In this document: one piece after another, positions 1 to 10,107 of the stretch
Layout of the letters: each line of letters starts with the position of its first letter
Numbering within the stretch: position 1 is the stretch's first letter
Source: an uncultured Bacteroidota bacterium
GTDB lineage: Bacteria > Bacteroidota > Bacteroidia > Bacteroidales > FEN-979
DNA: 64,000 bases
Direction: 5' to 3'
Assembly (NCBI GenBank): GCA_937900965.1
Contig: CALCGJ010000158.1
Location: 186 to 64,185, forward strand
Program-made: the position numbers and the translations under genes
The notes under the pieces: model-generated
The model's database searches: none
The model's input: the letters and a program-made list of their open reading frames with translations, nothing else
What the model was told of the DNA's origin: nothing

Positions 1-80
1 TGCGAAAGTAATAAATAAATCTTTTTACATGCTCATGTAAGGAACAAATAATTTGAGCAGAGAATATCTGACTAAAAATC

Positions 81-111
81 AAAAACTTTACGGGGATAGT
101 AATCCTCCCCG
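81..111 (-). terminator. Putative intrinsic terminator downstream of the 121..981 gene
   Basis: On the minus strand the stem CGGGGA/TCCCCG (91-96 with 106-111) is followed by TAAAGTTTTT (81-90). It starts about 10 nt past the stop codon. Confidence 0.4.
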
Positions 112-120
112 GATCCTCTT

Positions 121-981
121 TCATGGCTGGTAAATCCGCAGATAATCTACATGCGCTGCCATTGGGAACATTTTTTTCTTATCCTCAGGTGAGATAAAAT
201 CTGGATCAGCGTTTTGATAAATTCCGTTTCCTACTGAAAAATAGATAGGTTCATTATTCAGTCCCGGTTCGGCGTATTCCCAGATTTTCACATTGTCCAT
301 ATAAATTACAATCCGGTCCACCTGAATATCCGCTGAATACAGATGAAACTTTTCCGACAAATCAAACGGAAAACGGAACTTCTTTGTCGCAACCATTGCA
401 TCACTGCCATCAGGTTGCAGGCGGTGTAATGAAACAGTGAATGCCTTTGAATCCGAACACTCAAACTCCGCTATATCATTTTCAGGTTGCCAGCCATTTG
501 GACTGTATGAGACCAGTGATGTCCAGTATGTGCCACCACCAGGTGTTACCTTAATTCTGGCCGCAACATAAACAGGGGGGGTATAGTTTGTTGTTGTGGC
601 GATGAAACCAGAAACGATAGGGGTTTTACCCTCTCCCGGGTTCAGGTCTGTTATGAGTGAAACTCCGCCCCATTCATTCCATAGTACCTGGTTCGGATTC
701 CACTCACAATAATTTCTCGGATCATCTGCTGGCACCAGTGTACCATCAGGATTATACATTCCACCGTTACAACGATGAATATGGTTGACACCCCACACTG
801 CACAGGTGTTCACAGAATCGGTCGGCGGCCTGTCCGACTCAAAGGTAAATTCATGTGATGCCACCTTGACATACCCTTCAGGTGCCACCTCTTGTGTTGG
901 AGGGTTCTTAAGAACATAAACAGGTACATGAGAGCAACCAGCAAAGAGAATTGCGATTAATATGTAGATGAAATTCTTCAT
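121..981 (-). CDS. GH16-like glycoside hydrolase lipoprotein (laminarinase/beta-glucanase fold)
   Basis: The N-terminus carries a lipobox (ILFAGC-SH). The block WQPENDIAEFE fits the GH16 catalytic ExDxxE motif preceded by W-P. The size of 286 aa is typical for a single GH16 domain. Confidence 0.5.
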   Translation of the reverse strand: MKNFIYILIAILFAGCSHVPVYVLKNPPTQEVAPEGYVKVASHEFTFESDRPPTDSVNTCAVWGVNHIHRCNGGMYNPDGTLVPADDPRNYCEWNPNQVLWNEWGGVSLITDLNPGEGKTPIVSGFIATTTNYTPPVYVAARIKVTPGGGTYWTSLVSYSPNGWQPENDIAEFECSDSKAFTVSLHRLQPDGSDAMVATKKFRFPFDLSEKFHLYSADIQVDRIVIYMDNVKIWEYAEPGLNNEPIYFSVGNGIYQNADPDFISPEDKKKMFPMAAHVDYLRIYQP

Positions 982-992
982 TTAGTTAAAAA

Positions 993-1020
993 AAGCTGCC
1001 CCAACTTAATGAGGCAGCTT
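993..1020 (-). terminator. Putative bidirectional hairpin terminator
   Basis: An 8 bp stem AAGCTGCC/GGCAGCTT with a 12 nt loop is flanked by A/T runs on both sides. It lies between the stop of 1043..3241 and the start of 121..981. Confidence 0.45.
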
Positions 1021-1042
1021 AAAAAAAGTGTTTCAACCGAAG

Positions 1043-3241
1043 TTATCTCTTCATAAACTTCTGTGTCTCAAAGCCGTTTTCGGTCTGGATCTGTACGATG
1101 TACAGTCCTGATTCGAGGCTCTGAGTGTTGATTTGCATGCTGTTTCCACTTGCATTGGTGAAAAAGACCCGTTGCCCAACGGTATTGAATACCTGAACAT
1201 TTACAAGCTTCGCCTGAGAGGCGATATTAAGGAATTGATTTACCGGGTTGGGGAACAGTCGAATGCTTGCTTTTTCAGTAGTGGTAACCGGATCTTCAAT
1301 TCCAACGATCACCTCCTGGAAGCATACATTATCAATGTAGCACATCGGATCATCACTACCATCGGCTGCTGCATAGATGTCAATAACTCCCAACTGGTTG
1401 GGGCCGGCAATATCCCATTGCCACGCATTGATCATTACACCATCCAACCACAACTCGGCCATGGCATTGTCGAGGTCAACAATCACTTCACTGTTTGTCC
1501 AATCACCAACGGTATAGGTGAATTCTGTCTCGTTGAAATCAGCATCCTGCATAAAGCCAGTGCCATCGGAACGGAAGTAGATCTGGAATCCCCACTCGTT
1601 TGCGGTTCCGAAAAGAGTCATGTCCTGCATGATGTTATAGTATCCGCCATAGGTTCCGGTTGGCACCATAATATCAAGCATGATTGACCAAACACCTTCT
1701 GTGGTCTGATTCAGGTTGTAGATCAGGTCTGATTCAAGTACTGCCAGATCAATGGCGAGTGAATTCGGTGGCGAGAGTGACTCCGCATCAGTTACAAACC
1801 CATCGTAAGGTCCACCTGGATCATCGTCCCATGTGGTCCAGAGGCCTCCTGACTGAGGACAGAGAAGCGCTCCGGCTGTGTAAGAGTCGAAATTGTCGCA
1901 ATCTGAAGGCGGAAACACCTCCATAAAGCATACATTATCAATATAGTACATCGGATCGTCAGCGCCCGGAGCAGTAGCATAAATGTCGATTACACCCAGC
2001 TGATTTGGACCAGCAACATCCCACTGCCATTCATTTATCAATGCGTCATCTATCCACAGCTCTGCCATGGCATTGTCGAGATCAACAATAACTTCACAGT
2101 TTGTCCATTCACCGACAGTATAGGTGAAGTCTGTCTCGTTGAAGTCAGCATCCTGCATATATCCAGTGCCGTCTGATGCAAAGAAACACTGAAATCCCCA
2201 TTCATTGGCTGTCCCAAACAGGGTCATATCCTGCATAATGTTGTAATACCCGCCGTAGGTTCCTCCGGTTGGCACCATAATATCAAGCATGATTGACCAA
2301 ACACCTTCTGTGGTCTGATTCAGGTTGTAGATCAGGTCTGATTCCAATACGGCCAGATCAATGGAGAGTGAATTTGGTGCAGATAGAAACTCAGCATCAG
2401 TTACATATCCATCGTAAGCTCCGCCGGGATCATCATCCCAGGTGGTCCAGAGGCCGCCTGACTGAGGACAGAGAAGTGCACCGGCTGTGTAGGAGTCAAA
2501 ATCGTCGCATGCAGATGGCGCAGCTCCCGGATCGATGACAAGGTCGTCGATCATGAAGACAAACGCATCAAAAGAGACACACTGAATAGCCACGTAAATG
2601 TCCTGCCCTGCGTAAGCCGACAGGTCGTATGTATACTCAGTCCATACCATTGGTACTTCCACATAAGGTGCAGCTGAGATGACCGTAAAGTCGGCAGGAT
2701 CGTTCCCTGTGGTCGACACGGCTACATTAAATCTCTCCATTCCATACTGATCTGTGTACGATTTTGCCCAGAAAGTGAATGAAGCTACATCGCCAATGGT
2801 GACCTGATCTGATATGAACCAGTCATCATTGCCCTGGCTTCCAGAGGGAACAGCGGCCATACAGGCACCAAATTGCAATCCTGAATGGGGTTGAATCTCC
2901 GGATCAGCCGTCATTGGTGGATCTGTTGTAGCCGGATTGAAAACAATGAAAGCCATCTCTTCATAGTTGTGCGGGAACGTAGTACCCGTAAATCCATAAG
3001 TCGGAAGGAAATCAACATCATTGACCGTCCACGGAGTAAAATCGAAGGTCCATTCAACTTCAGCTTCAAAATCAATGGCTAAATTAGTTGCATCGCCATT
3101 GGTATTGGCTGCTTTAACGTTGTCGACAACCGTAGTTGTCGAAGCAATGCCTGTTGTTTTGGTATGCATTGCCTGTGCAAACATGATGGATGAGGAAAAC
3201 AGCACCATCAACACTGTTAGTGTAAATACTCTCATAATCAT
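1043..3241 (-). CDS. Secreted T9SS cargo protein: cleaved-adhesin/choice-of-anchor-J-like N-domain, two tandem ~203 aa repeats, C-terminal T9SS sorting domain
   Basis: The signal peptide MIMRVFTLTVLMVLFSSSIMFAQA begins at the ATG at 3241; the track ORF extends upstream to 3310. The N-domain has NDDWFISD...ERFNVAVSTTGN...IDD. The C-terminus LFPNPVNQFLNI...LYIVQIQTENGFETQKFMKR is typical of a T9SS CTD. Confidence 0.75.
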   Translation of the reverse strand: MIMRVFTLTVLMVLFSSSIMFAQAMHTKTTGIASTTTVVDNVKAANTNGDATNLAIDFEAEVEWTFDFTPWTVNDVDFLPTYGFTGTTFPHNYEEMAFIVFNPATTDPPMTADPEIQPHSGLQFGACMAAVPSGSQGNDDWFISDQVTIGDVASFTFWAKSYTDQYGMERFNVAVSTTGNDPADFTVISAAPYVEVPMVWTEYTYDLSAYAGQDIYVAIQCVSFDAFVFMIDDLVIDPGAAPSACDDFDSYTAGALLCPQSGGLWTTWDDDPGGAYDGYVTDAEFLSAPNSLSIDLAVLESDLIYNLNQTTEGVWSIMLDIMVPTGGTYGGYYNIMQDMTLFGTANEWGFQCFFASDGTGYMQDADFNETDFTYTVGEWTNCEVIVDLDNAMAELWIDDALINEWQWDVAGPNQLGVIDIYATAPGADDPMYYIDNVCFMEVFPPSDCDNFDSYTAGALLCPQSGGLWTTWDDDPGGPYDGFVTDAESLSPPNSLAIDLAVLESDLIYNLNQTTEGVWSIMLDIMVPTGTYGGYYNIMQDMTLFGTANEWGFQIYFRSDGTGFMQDADFNETEFTYTVGDWTNSEVIVDLDNAMAELWLDGVMINAWQWDIAGPNQLGVIDIYAAADGSDDPMCYIDNVCFQEVIVGIEDPVTTTEKASIRLFPNPVNQFLNIASQAKLVNVQVFNTVGQRVFFTNASGNSMQINTQSLESGLYIVQIQTENGFETQKFMKR
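1300..2525 (-). repeat. Intragenic tandem duplication (2 x ~606-609 nt)
   Basis: Register offset is 609 nt (CATGATTGACC at 1679 and 2288). It becomes 606 nt on the other side of a 3 nt indel. One stretch of roughly 70 nt is identical between the copies (about 1665-1736 versus 2274-2345). Confidence 0.9.
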
Positions 3242-3451
3242 AATTTTTAGTGAATACTTGGTTTTGGTTAAAGCAAATATATGGATAAAGTTTTCAAATG
3301 CAAAATTCAACGAATTTAATTTACCTATTTACTTGAAAAACCGGGTAATGGGAAACCCAAAAAGCCATTCCGGTAATTTTATCAGTCTATTCCTAATTTT
3401 TGTAGCTTTACATACGTTTAGTATTAGTAAACTTATTAAAAGTAATACCAA

Positions 3452-6400
3452 GTGGGGATTAGAAGCCTGTGGCAAATTTGTCTCGTATCACTAATTATTT
3501 TCTTCTGGATTGACAGTGATGTTCAATCCCAGCGCTATTATACAAGGACATACACAGAGACCGACGGTTTGTCGAGTTCCAGGGTTTTTGATGTTGCTCA
3601 GGACTCGGCCGGAGAGATGTGGTTTGCCACCCGTACAGGAATTTCGCGCTACACTGGTATCCGGTTTGTAAACTACAACCTGAGTGATGGTTTGCAAACC
3701 AAAAGTTATGCCTTTTTAACTGTTGACGAAAAAGGAATATTATGGGCTTTACCTCAAAGTGGTGAACTCTGCGCTCTGAAATTTTCGGACGGTAGGTGGG
3801 AAGCACGGTTCTGTGACAGCACGTTGAAACAATCGCCCTATTTTACGGCATTTGATGTGTTTTACCAGGATGATAAGTTAGTTGTGGCTGCAGGAACCAA
3901 TAAATCGGGACTATTTATCTGCCGGGATGGAGTTTGGGAACACTACAGAACGAATGACGGTACTGAAAACGACAGGATCAACGGAATAGCATACACAGGC
4001 GATGCCATATACATTGCTACGGGGAAGGGATTTTCTGTGATCCAAGGCAGAGAATTATCTGAAGTGCATGCCGAAAACATCCCGTATCTCCGTAGCGAGA
4101 TCCTTGCCCTTCAAGTGGCGCCCCCCTCCTTTGAGAGATCCGACACAGTGATCTGGATGCTTGGCCAGAACTGGCTCGGCACTTTCTCTCAAGGGAAGTT
4201 TCGTTTGGTGGCATCAGGATTTGATATTCCTACAAAGGATATAGGAAACAATTGTTTTCTGTCGATCGGCAGCAACGGGGAGATCTGTTTCGGCAATCCC
4301 ATTTATGTTTATCGGTATTCGGAAAGAACAGGAGAAACTGACAAACTTGACAGAAACAGTGGGTTGATCACCAACGGGGGAACTTCAGCTTTGACCGACC
4401 GGGAGGGCAATCTCTGGGTGACTGGCTTACGGGGAATCACCAGGATACCTTCCAGAAGATTTCAGCAATATTCTGATAAGGATGGACTGTACAGCAACGA
4501 AGTAGCCTCTGCTCTTGAGATGACTCCAGGTCATTATGTATTCGGACATCATGGGGCAGTTACCTTCTACGATAACACTCATTTTACTCCTTTCAAACTG
4601 TCAAATCCTTCCGGAAAAGGTGAATTTGAAACCAGGGTTCAGGATATGGATATCGACCGTTCAGGAAATTTATGGCTCGCAGTATCGGCAAATGGGGTGG
4701 CTAAAGTGAGTAAAAACAAAGAGGTTACCTGGTACCATGAAAAGAAGGGCTTGTCCGAAAATGCAAACAGTGTTCTGGTAACTTCTGACAATCAGGTTTA
4801 TGTGGGAACAAACAGTGGGTTATTCGAATTTTCAAACGGACGGTTCATTCAATTGGCAAAGAACAATCAGTGGATTAATAATGGGGTCAGGAAAATATTT
4901 GAGGGTCCGGATAAAGAGATCTACCTGGCATCTTACAGCCGTGGGTTAGCCAGAATTTCAGGAGACAGCATTGCCCAGATCACCTCACCGGATAATCCCC
5001 TGGCAAACAATGTCTACTCCTTTTTCGTTGATAACCAGAATCGGGCCTGGGTTGGTACTGCTGCCGGGTTGTTTACCATTAGCGGTTTGACCCTGACAAT
5101 GGCTGACAGTGGGAACCTGGTCATCAAAAGGCCGATATATCTGATTCTGCAGGACCATCACGGATGCCTCTGGTTTGGTACTGATAATGGCGTTTACAGA
5201 TGGAACGGCGAGGTACTTGATCACTTTACCATCAACGACGGATTTTCGGGACTTGAAGTTAACCGGGATGCAGGTTTCCAGGATCATAACAATGATATCT
5301 GGTTTGGAACGAATAATGGAATCACAAAATTCGATCCGGAAAATGATTATGATCTCAATAAAATACCACCACCTATCGTCAAACTTACGTTTGTTGAAGC
5401 GGGTAAGGATACCTTGGGACTAAAAGATAACCTGGTACTTCCCAGTAGACTGAACACCCTTGTTTTTCACTTCAATATAACATCCTATATTGATGAACGT
5501 CAGGTTTTTTATCAATGTAAACTGGAAGGGTTTGATAACGAGTGGTCAACCGAAATATTTTCACACAACAACCTCTACCGTTATACGAATCTGGCCCCGG
5601 GCACCTACCGGTTTTGTATTAAAGCCAAAAATGCCCTAGGAATCTGGTGTGATCCCGTATGTTCAGGAACGATCAGGATAAAGTATCCCTTCTGGGCCCA
5701 ATGGTGGTTTATTTTGCTTGTGGCAGCGCTCGTGGTTAGTTTGCTGTCTATCTTAACATACCTGGTTGTCATTAGAAGGTACAACCTGAAACTGACAAAG
5801 ATGGTGGCCATTCGAACGAGGGCTCTGAGGCGCTCTGAGATGGATTTGCAGGAGAGTAATGAATCAAAAGACAATTTCTTCTCTATCATTGCACACGACC
5901 TGAAAAGCCCATTCAATGCTATCCTGGGTATGCTTGAATTACTGACAACAGAGTATTCGGAATTCAGCGATGAGGAGCGACAAAAAATCCTGATGAGTCT
6001 TCGGACAGCTTCTATACGGACGATAGATCTGGTGGACAACCTTCTAACATGGGCACAGGCCCAAAAAGGATTGTTGCCATTTGAACCTGAGAAGTTTGAC
6101 ATGATGGAGCTGGTAAAAGAAAATGTTTTACTTTTTGAACCTACTGCAAAGACAAAACGGATCAACCTGATCGTTCCTCTCTCAGATAATGTTGTAGTAT
6201 ATGGAGACCGGAACATGATCAATACAGTAATCAGAAATCTGATATCCAATGCGATAAAATTTACCTATCCTGAAGGTGATGTCACAATTAAGAAGGAAAA
6301 GGACAGTGGAATGAAAGTAACATTTTCGGTTATTGATACTGGATGCGGAATGACTGAAAGTGCAATAAACAACCTGTTTATTATTGATAAAAGAACCACC

Positions 6401-6559
6401 ACGAAAGGAACCAGTAATGAAACAGGGACTGGTCTCGGATTGATCCTATCAAAGGATTTCATAATGAAAAATAACGGAAAAATCTGGGTAGAAAGCAAAC
6501 CGGAATCAGGATCCACCTTCTATTTCACTCTTCCGGTCAATCCACCCGGGAAACGTTAA
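3452..6559 (+). CDS. Sensor histidine kinase with periplasmic two-component-regulator propeller repeats and Y_Y_Y domain (no receiver or HTH)
   Basis: The ORF has a GTG start and an N-terminal TM segment. It contains repeated W(F/V)GT..GL propeller motifs and a Y_Y_Y block (YQCKLEGFDNEWS...YTNLAPGTYRF) followed by a TM segment. It has an H-box FFSIIAHDLKSP, an N-box NLISNAIKFT and G-boxes DTGCGM/GTGLGL. Confidence 0.9.
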   Translation: MGIRSLWQICLVSLIIFFWIDSDVQSQRYYTRTYTETDGLSSSRVFDVAQDSAGEMWFATRTGISRYTGIRFVNYNLSDGLQTKSYAFLTVDEKGILWALPQSGELCALKFSDGRWEARFCDSTLKQSPYFTAFDVFYQDDKLVVAAGTNKSGLFICRDGVWEHYRTNDGTENDRINGIAYTGDAIYIATGKGFSVIQGRELSEVHAENIPYLRSEILALQVAPPSFERSDTVIWMLGQNWLGTFSQGKFRLVASGFDIPTKDIGNNCFLSIGSNGEICFGNPIYVYRYSERTGETDKLDRNSGLITNGGTSALTDREGNLWVTGLRGITRIPSRRFQQYSDKDGLYSNEVASALEMTPGHYVFGHHGAVTFYDNTHFTPFKLSNPSGKGEFETRVQDMDIDRSGNLWLAVSANGVAKVSKNKEVTWYHEKKGLSENANSVLVTSDNQVYVGTNSGLFEFSNGRFIQLAKNNQWINNGVRKIFEGPDKEIYLASYSRGLARISGDSIAQITSPDNPLANNVYSFFVDNQNRAWVGTAAGLFTISGLTLTMADSGNLVIKRPIYLILQDHHGCLWFGTDNGVYRWNGEVLDHFTINDGFSGLEVNRDAGFQDHNNDIWFGTNNGITKFDPENDYDLNKIPPPIVKLTFVEAGKDTLGLKDNLVLPSRLNTLVFHFNITSYIDERQVFYQCKLEGFDNEWSTEIFSHNNLYRYTNLAPGTYRFCIKAKNALGIWCDPVCSGTIRIKYPFWAQWWFILLVAALVVSLLSILTYLVVIRRYNLKLTKMVAIRTRALRRSEMDLQESNESKDNFFSIIAHDLKSPFNAILGMLELLTTEYSEFSDEERQKILMSLRTASIRTIDLVDNLLTWAQAQKGLLPFEPEKFDMMELVKENVLLFEPTAKTKRINLIVPLSDNVVVYGDRNMINTVIRNLISNAIKFTYPEGDVTIKKEKDSGMKVTFSVIDTGCGMTESAINNLFIIDKRTTTKGTSNETGTGLGLILSKDFIMKNNGKIWVESKPESGSTFYFTLPVNPPGKR

Positions 6560-6593
6560 GGCAAGTTACTTTGCAGCCTGAAAAGAGACTAAT

Positions 6594-7115
6594 ATGGATT
6601 CTGAGATCAATATCCGGCTGGCGAATCCGAACGACTGGCAGGTCATCATTGATATATACAACCAGGGGATCGACGATGGATGCAATGCGTTTACACGACA
6701 CATTTCCGTGGAAAGTCAGCGAAAATGGCTGGTGGTCCACGATGGTATTAACTACGCCATATTCGTCGCTGAGGTTGGGGGGATTGTAATAGGATGGTTA
6801 AGCCTGGGTCCATACCGGCCTGAACGTGAGGCGTTTCGGAAGACAGGGGAGATCAGCTACTACATCGACCGAAGATACCGTAACCAGGGAGCAGGGAGGA
6901 AATTAATGGAACACGCACTTAGAAAGGCACCGGATTACGGGCTGGAGATCCTTCTGGCTTTCCTGCTCGATATCAATACGGCGAGCGTCAGGTTGCTCGA
7001 AAGGAACGGGTTCAGTCAGTGGGGTCATTTTCCCGGAAATGCTGACTTTAACGGATTCATTTGCGGCCAGTTTGTGTATGGGAGGAATGTTACTGGGACC
7101 GGCAAAACGATCTGA
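6594..7115 (+). CDS. GNAT family N-acetyltransferase (phosphinothricin/methionine-sulfoximine acetyltransferase-like)
   Basis: The N-terminus IRLANPNDWQVIIDIYNQGIDDG..AFT matches the PAT subfamily as I remember it. The acetyl-CoA motif RYRNQGAGRKLM fits R/QxxGxG/A. The length is 173 aa. Confidence 0.75.
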   Translation: MDSEINIRLANPNDWQVIIDIYNQGIDDGCNAFTRHISVESQRKWLVVHDGINYAIFVAEVGGIVIGWLSLGPYRPEREAFRKTGEISYYIDRRYRNQGAGRKLMEHALRKAPDYGLEILLAFLLDINTASVRLLERNGFSQWGHFPGNADFNGFICGQFVYGRNVTGTGKTI

Positions 7116-7137
7116 GAAGCAGATTTCAGAAGATCAA

Positions 7138-9984
7138 TTATAGAATAATAACTTTTTTAAGTATCTGTGTATCAGAAGAATGGAGCCGTAATAGATAGGA
7201 TCCAGAACGAAACCCATTCACATTCAGAGTTAAATTGTTCTGCCCGGAAGATAACCTGCCATTGTAAAGAGTGCCTGCCTTTTTTCCTGAAAGATCGTAA
7301 AGTGAAATTTCCAGAGCCTGATTGTTTTCTGAGATAATCTCAATGTAAACTGAACTTCTGGCAGGATTCGGATAGATATCACCTACCTGTAATGATCCTA
7401 TATTCGAATGATCATCAATACCTGCTGTTGGATCATACCATGTACTGTAGACCCCGTTACCCTGGGTTCCGACTGCAATGAAGCCATCGGTTTGACGGGC
7501 ATCGATCATATCCACAAGTACGGAACCAATTGAAGTGGCACCTTCCCTGACCCATGTTGTGGAATCCCCTTGCAGCTCAGTAGTGGAGTAAAGGCCAACT
7601 GATGTGCCGGCAAACCAGACTTTGTGTCCCTGGTAAGTGAGAGATTTTACCCAGCGTATGGAAGGGCCGGATCCCGTTCCACCGGTGTTCTCCTCCAGGT
7701 TCCCTCCAGCCGGGGTCCAGGTAATCCCACCATCTTTGGAAGAGTAAATACTCTCCACATTGTAGTTTGAAAAGACGACCACCAGATTGTCGGCATTATT
7801 CTCATCCACATCAATACAGGCGACAAAAGCATAATAGGGAAATGTAGGACCGGTGATCTCAACCGGCATGGAATTCCCTGTGTGCGCATCTTCGAGCTTG
7901 TATACCCGCCCCAGGTTGGTGCCGTAAAAAAGTTGATTTGCCGGGATTTTGGAAATTGAAATGACACTGATCTCCGAAGCATCCCCCACATCTACGTTAC
8001 TCAAATGCTCCCATCCGACATTTCGAAGATTGGTATCATAGGATGCCGCCTTCAGATTATCTTTTCTCCAGATGCTGGTTACGGTAGGCAGATAGAAGGT
8101 TTCATAATTGTTTGGATCCAGGGCAAAATTCTGATAAAATGGGAACAGGGAGTTGGAGCCCATGATGGGATTGTAGAATTTCAGCAATGTATCGGGAAGT
8201 TGGGGAAAGATGTTTTTGGTATGCATCTCTGTATCAAACTGAGTGGTCCAGATGTTCCCGCTGTAAGCTGAGATGATACAGTATTCCCAAGCAGGTGCCA
8301 CGCAGGCAGCGAATCCGTCGAAACAGATGTCAATATTGAACCAGAAAGCCGATGGCTCATCAGAAACGGTATAGTACCAGTTGTTATCCTGCAGTCCACC
8401 CAGGATCCAGTCGTCGGTGGTGCCTGTATGATCGATGGTGACAGAGTAAAACTGGGTGGTAGTCAGTTTGTTATTCAGACGGTTCCAGAACATATCAGCA
8501 CTGTCTGCCATACAGTCGTAGGTGATGTATATCCCACCGTCGTTAGCCATGAAAAGGACACTTGGATCGGAAGGCAGGAAGGTGATACCATGCTGATCAG
8601 GATGGAGCGCATGCAAAGAATCCATGTCAAACGGGTATCCTCCCATGAAATTGGTTTGAAGCGAATCGGCAAACCCGTTTTCTGAGCGGAACATGTTCAT
8701 GGCTGCCAGGAATACCACCTCTTCATTATCGGGGCTTACCTTCATATCGAAGGTATACCCTCCGTAAACCATGAATGAGTTGGGAAAGCTGTTCATATTG
8801 CCATTACCACCACCGGGCATGTTGGATGTTCTCTCCTCCCAGAAGCCGGTATCGGCGGAAGCCTGCCTGGTATATTTCCAGAAGGTGTTGACGGTATTGA
8901 AAACACCGTTAAAAGGTGAAAGTTCCGGGGAGGGAAACTCTGAAAAGATATACATCACATTTTCGTTCGACGGGGCAATCGCCAGTCGGGTTACCCTGTA
9001 ATCCTCAGGAAAATCAGGCGGGGTGATGTTTTTCCACTCGATTCCATCAACCGATCTCCAGATTCCCGCCTTGGCAGGACGTTCAATAGACCAGCAATAG
9101 CTGCTCATAGCAGCGTAGAGGACTCCTTCCGAAGTGATGGTAATCTCTGTGGAAAAAGATTTATTTTCCAGATCTCCCAGTACCATATTCCAGGATGCAC
9201 CTCCGTCTTCTGATCGCATGATAGCGCCGTAGCAGGCAGCATAAACAATATCCTTGTCGGTGGTCACAGGATCGGTTACGATCTTCCATACACCCTGGAA
9301 CACCCGGTCCAGGAATGCAGGAGATCCGCCCTGTGTAAAGGGTAACGGTTCCCATGTAGCTCCATTATCGGTGGATTTGAATATTCCGTCACCGATGCCG
9401 ATGGTTCTTACGTTAGTGCTGACATTTCGTTTGGTGGTGCTAAGCAGTTCACCGGTACCGTAGTACCAGATGTTGTGTTTGCCCGGCCGGCTGTCCTGTA
9501 CCAGGCAGGTAGCACTCTGTTCAGCATCCGGAGAGGTCGCTTTCGACCAGTTTTGTCCGCCATCCATTGAATGCCACATCCCTCCTGAAGCGCTTCCGGC
9601 GAGGATATGATCTTCATCATCAATATCAAGCGCTATGCAGAGCATTCGTCCTCCGATGTTGTCGGGTCCGCGCAAGTTCCAGGTCTGGTTGCGTGAGGTC
9701 TCTTTAACCGATAATCCCGAGGCAAAGGCCAGCTCCCGGCTGCGGATGCCGGCTGGAATTTCATCTGTAAGGGGGTCTCTGAGTTTCATCCATTCCCGTT
9801 CGGCCATAAAGGGAAGCATAGCACATCCCGGCAAGCGCTGTTGGTCATTTTGATCAATGACTGGTAGTTGGGAAATGGGTTGGTCGGCAGATTTCGACAG
9901 AATCAGAAAATATCCGGAAATGAGGATGATGCCAACAACCAGGATAAATCCGGCAACATGATGAGGAGAGACAATTCTTTTCAT
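7138..9984 (-). CDS. BNR/Asp-box repeat (sortilin/GH74-like) secreted protein with T9SS C-terminal sorting domain
   Basis: There are several Asp-boxes of the SxDxGxTW type: SMDGGQNWS, STDNGATWE, SEDGGASWN, SKDGGITWT. An N-terminal TM/signal anchor is present. The C-terminus reads IYPNPARSSVYIEI...YLLRLHSSDTQILKKVIIL. Confidence 0.75.
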   Translation of the reverse strand: MKRIVSPHHVAGFILVVGIILISGYFLILSKSADQPISQLPVIDQNDQQRLPGCAMLPFMAEREWMKLRDPLTDEIPAGIRSRELAFASGLSVKETSRNQTWNLRGPDNIGGRMLCIALDIDDEDHILAGSASGGMWHSMDGGQNWSKATSPDAEQSATCLVQDSRPGKHNIWYYGTGELLSTTKRNVSTNVRTIGIGDGIFKSTDNGATWEPLPFTQGGSPAFLDRVFQGVWKIVTDPVTTDKDIVYAACYGAIMRSEDGGASWNMVLGDLENKSFSTEITITSEGVLYAAMSSYCWSIERPAKAGIWRSVDGIEWKNITPPDFPEDYRVTRLAIAPSNENVMYIFSEFPSPELSPFNGVFNTVNTFWKYTRQASADTGFWEERTSNMPGGGNGNMNSFPNSFMVYGGYTFDMKVSPDNEEVVFLAAMNMFRSENGFADSLQTNFMGGYPFDMDSLHALHPDQHGITFLPSDPSVLFMANDGGIYITYDCMADSADMFWNRLNNKLTTTQFYSVTIDHTGTTDDWILGGLQDNNWYYTVSDEPSAFWFNIDICFDGFAACVAPAWEYCIISAYSGNIWTTQFDTEMHTKNIFPQLPDTLLKFYNPIMGSNSLFPFYQNFALDPNNYETFYLPTVTSIWRKDNLKAASYDTNLRNVGWEHLSNVDVGDASEISVISISKIPANQLFYGTNLGRVYKLEDAHTGNSMPVEITGPTFPYYAFVACIDVDENNADNLVVVFSNYNVESIYSSKDGGITWTPAGGNLEENTGGTGSGPSIRWVKSLTYQGHKVWFAGTSVGLYSTTELQGDSTTWVREGATSIGSVLVDMIDARQTDGFIAVGTQGNGVYSTWYDPTAGIDDHSNIGSLQVGDIYPNPARSSVYIEIISENNQALEISLYDLSGKKAGTLYNGRLSSGQNNLTLNVNGFRSGSYLLRLHSSDTQILKKVIIL

Positions 9985-10065
9985 TGGATTAGATTTGAAT
10001 TAAACAATCAGACACATGGAAGATTCAAATATACAGAACAAATCACCATAATCCTATATTTTCTC

Positions 10066-10073
10066 TACCTTTG
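10066..10073 (+). promoter_or_regulatory. Bacteroidota -7 promoter box (TACCTTTG)
   Basis: It matches the TAnnTTTG consensus and lies 35 nt upstream of the helicase start. Confidence 0.5.
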
Positions 10074-10107
10074 CAAAAATTACCAGTTTCACTAATTCCA
10101 AAGCACC

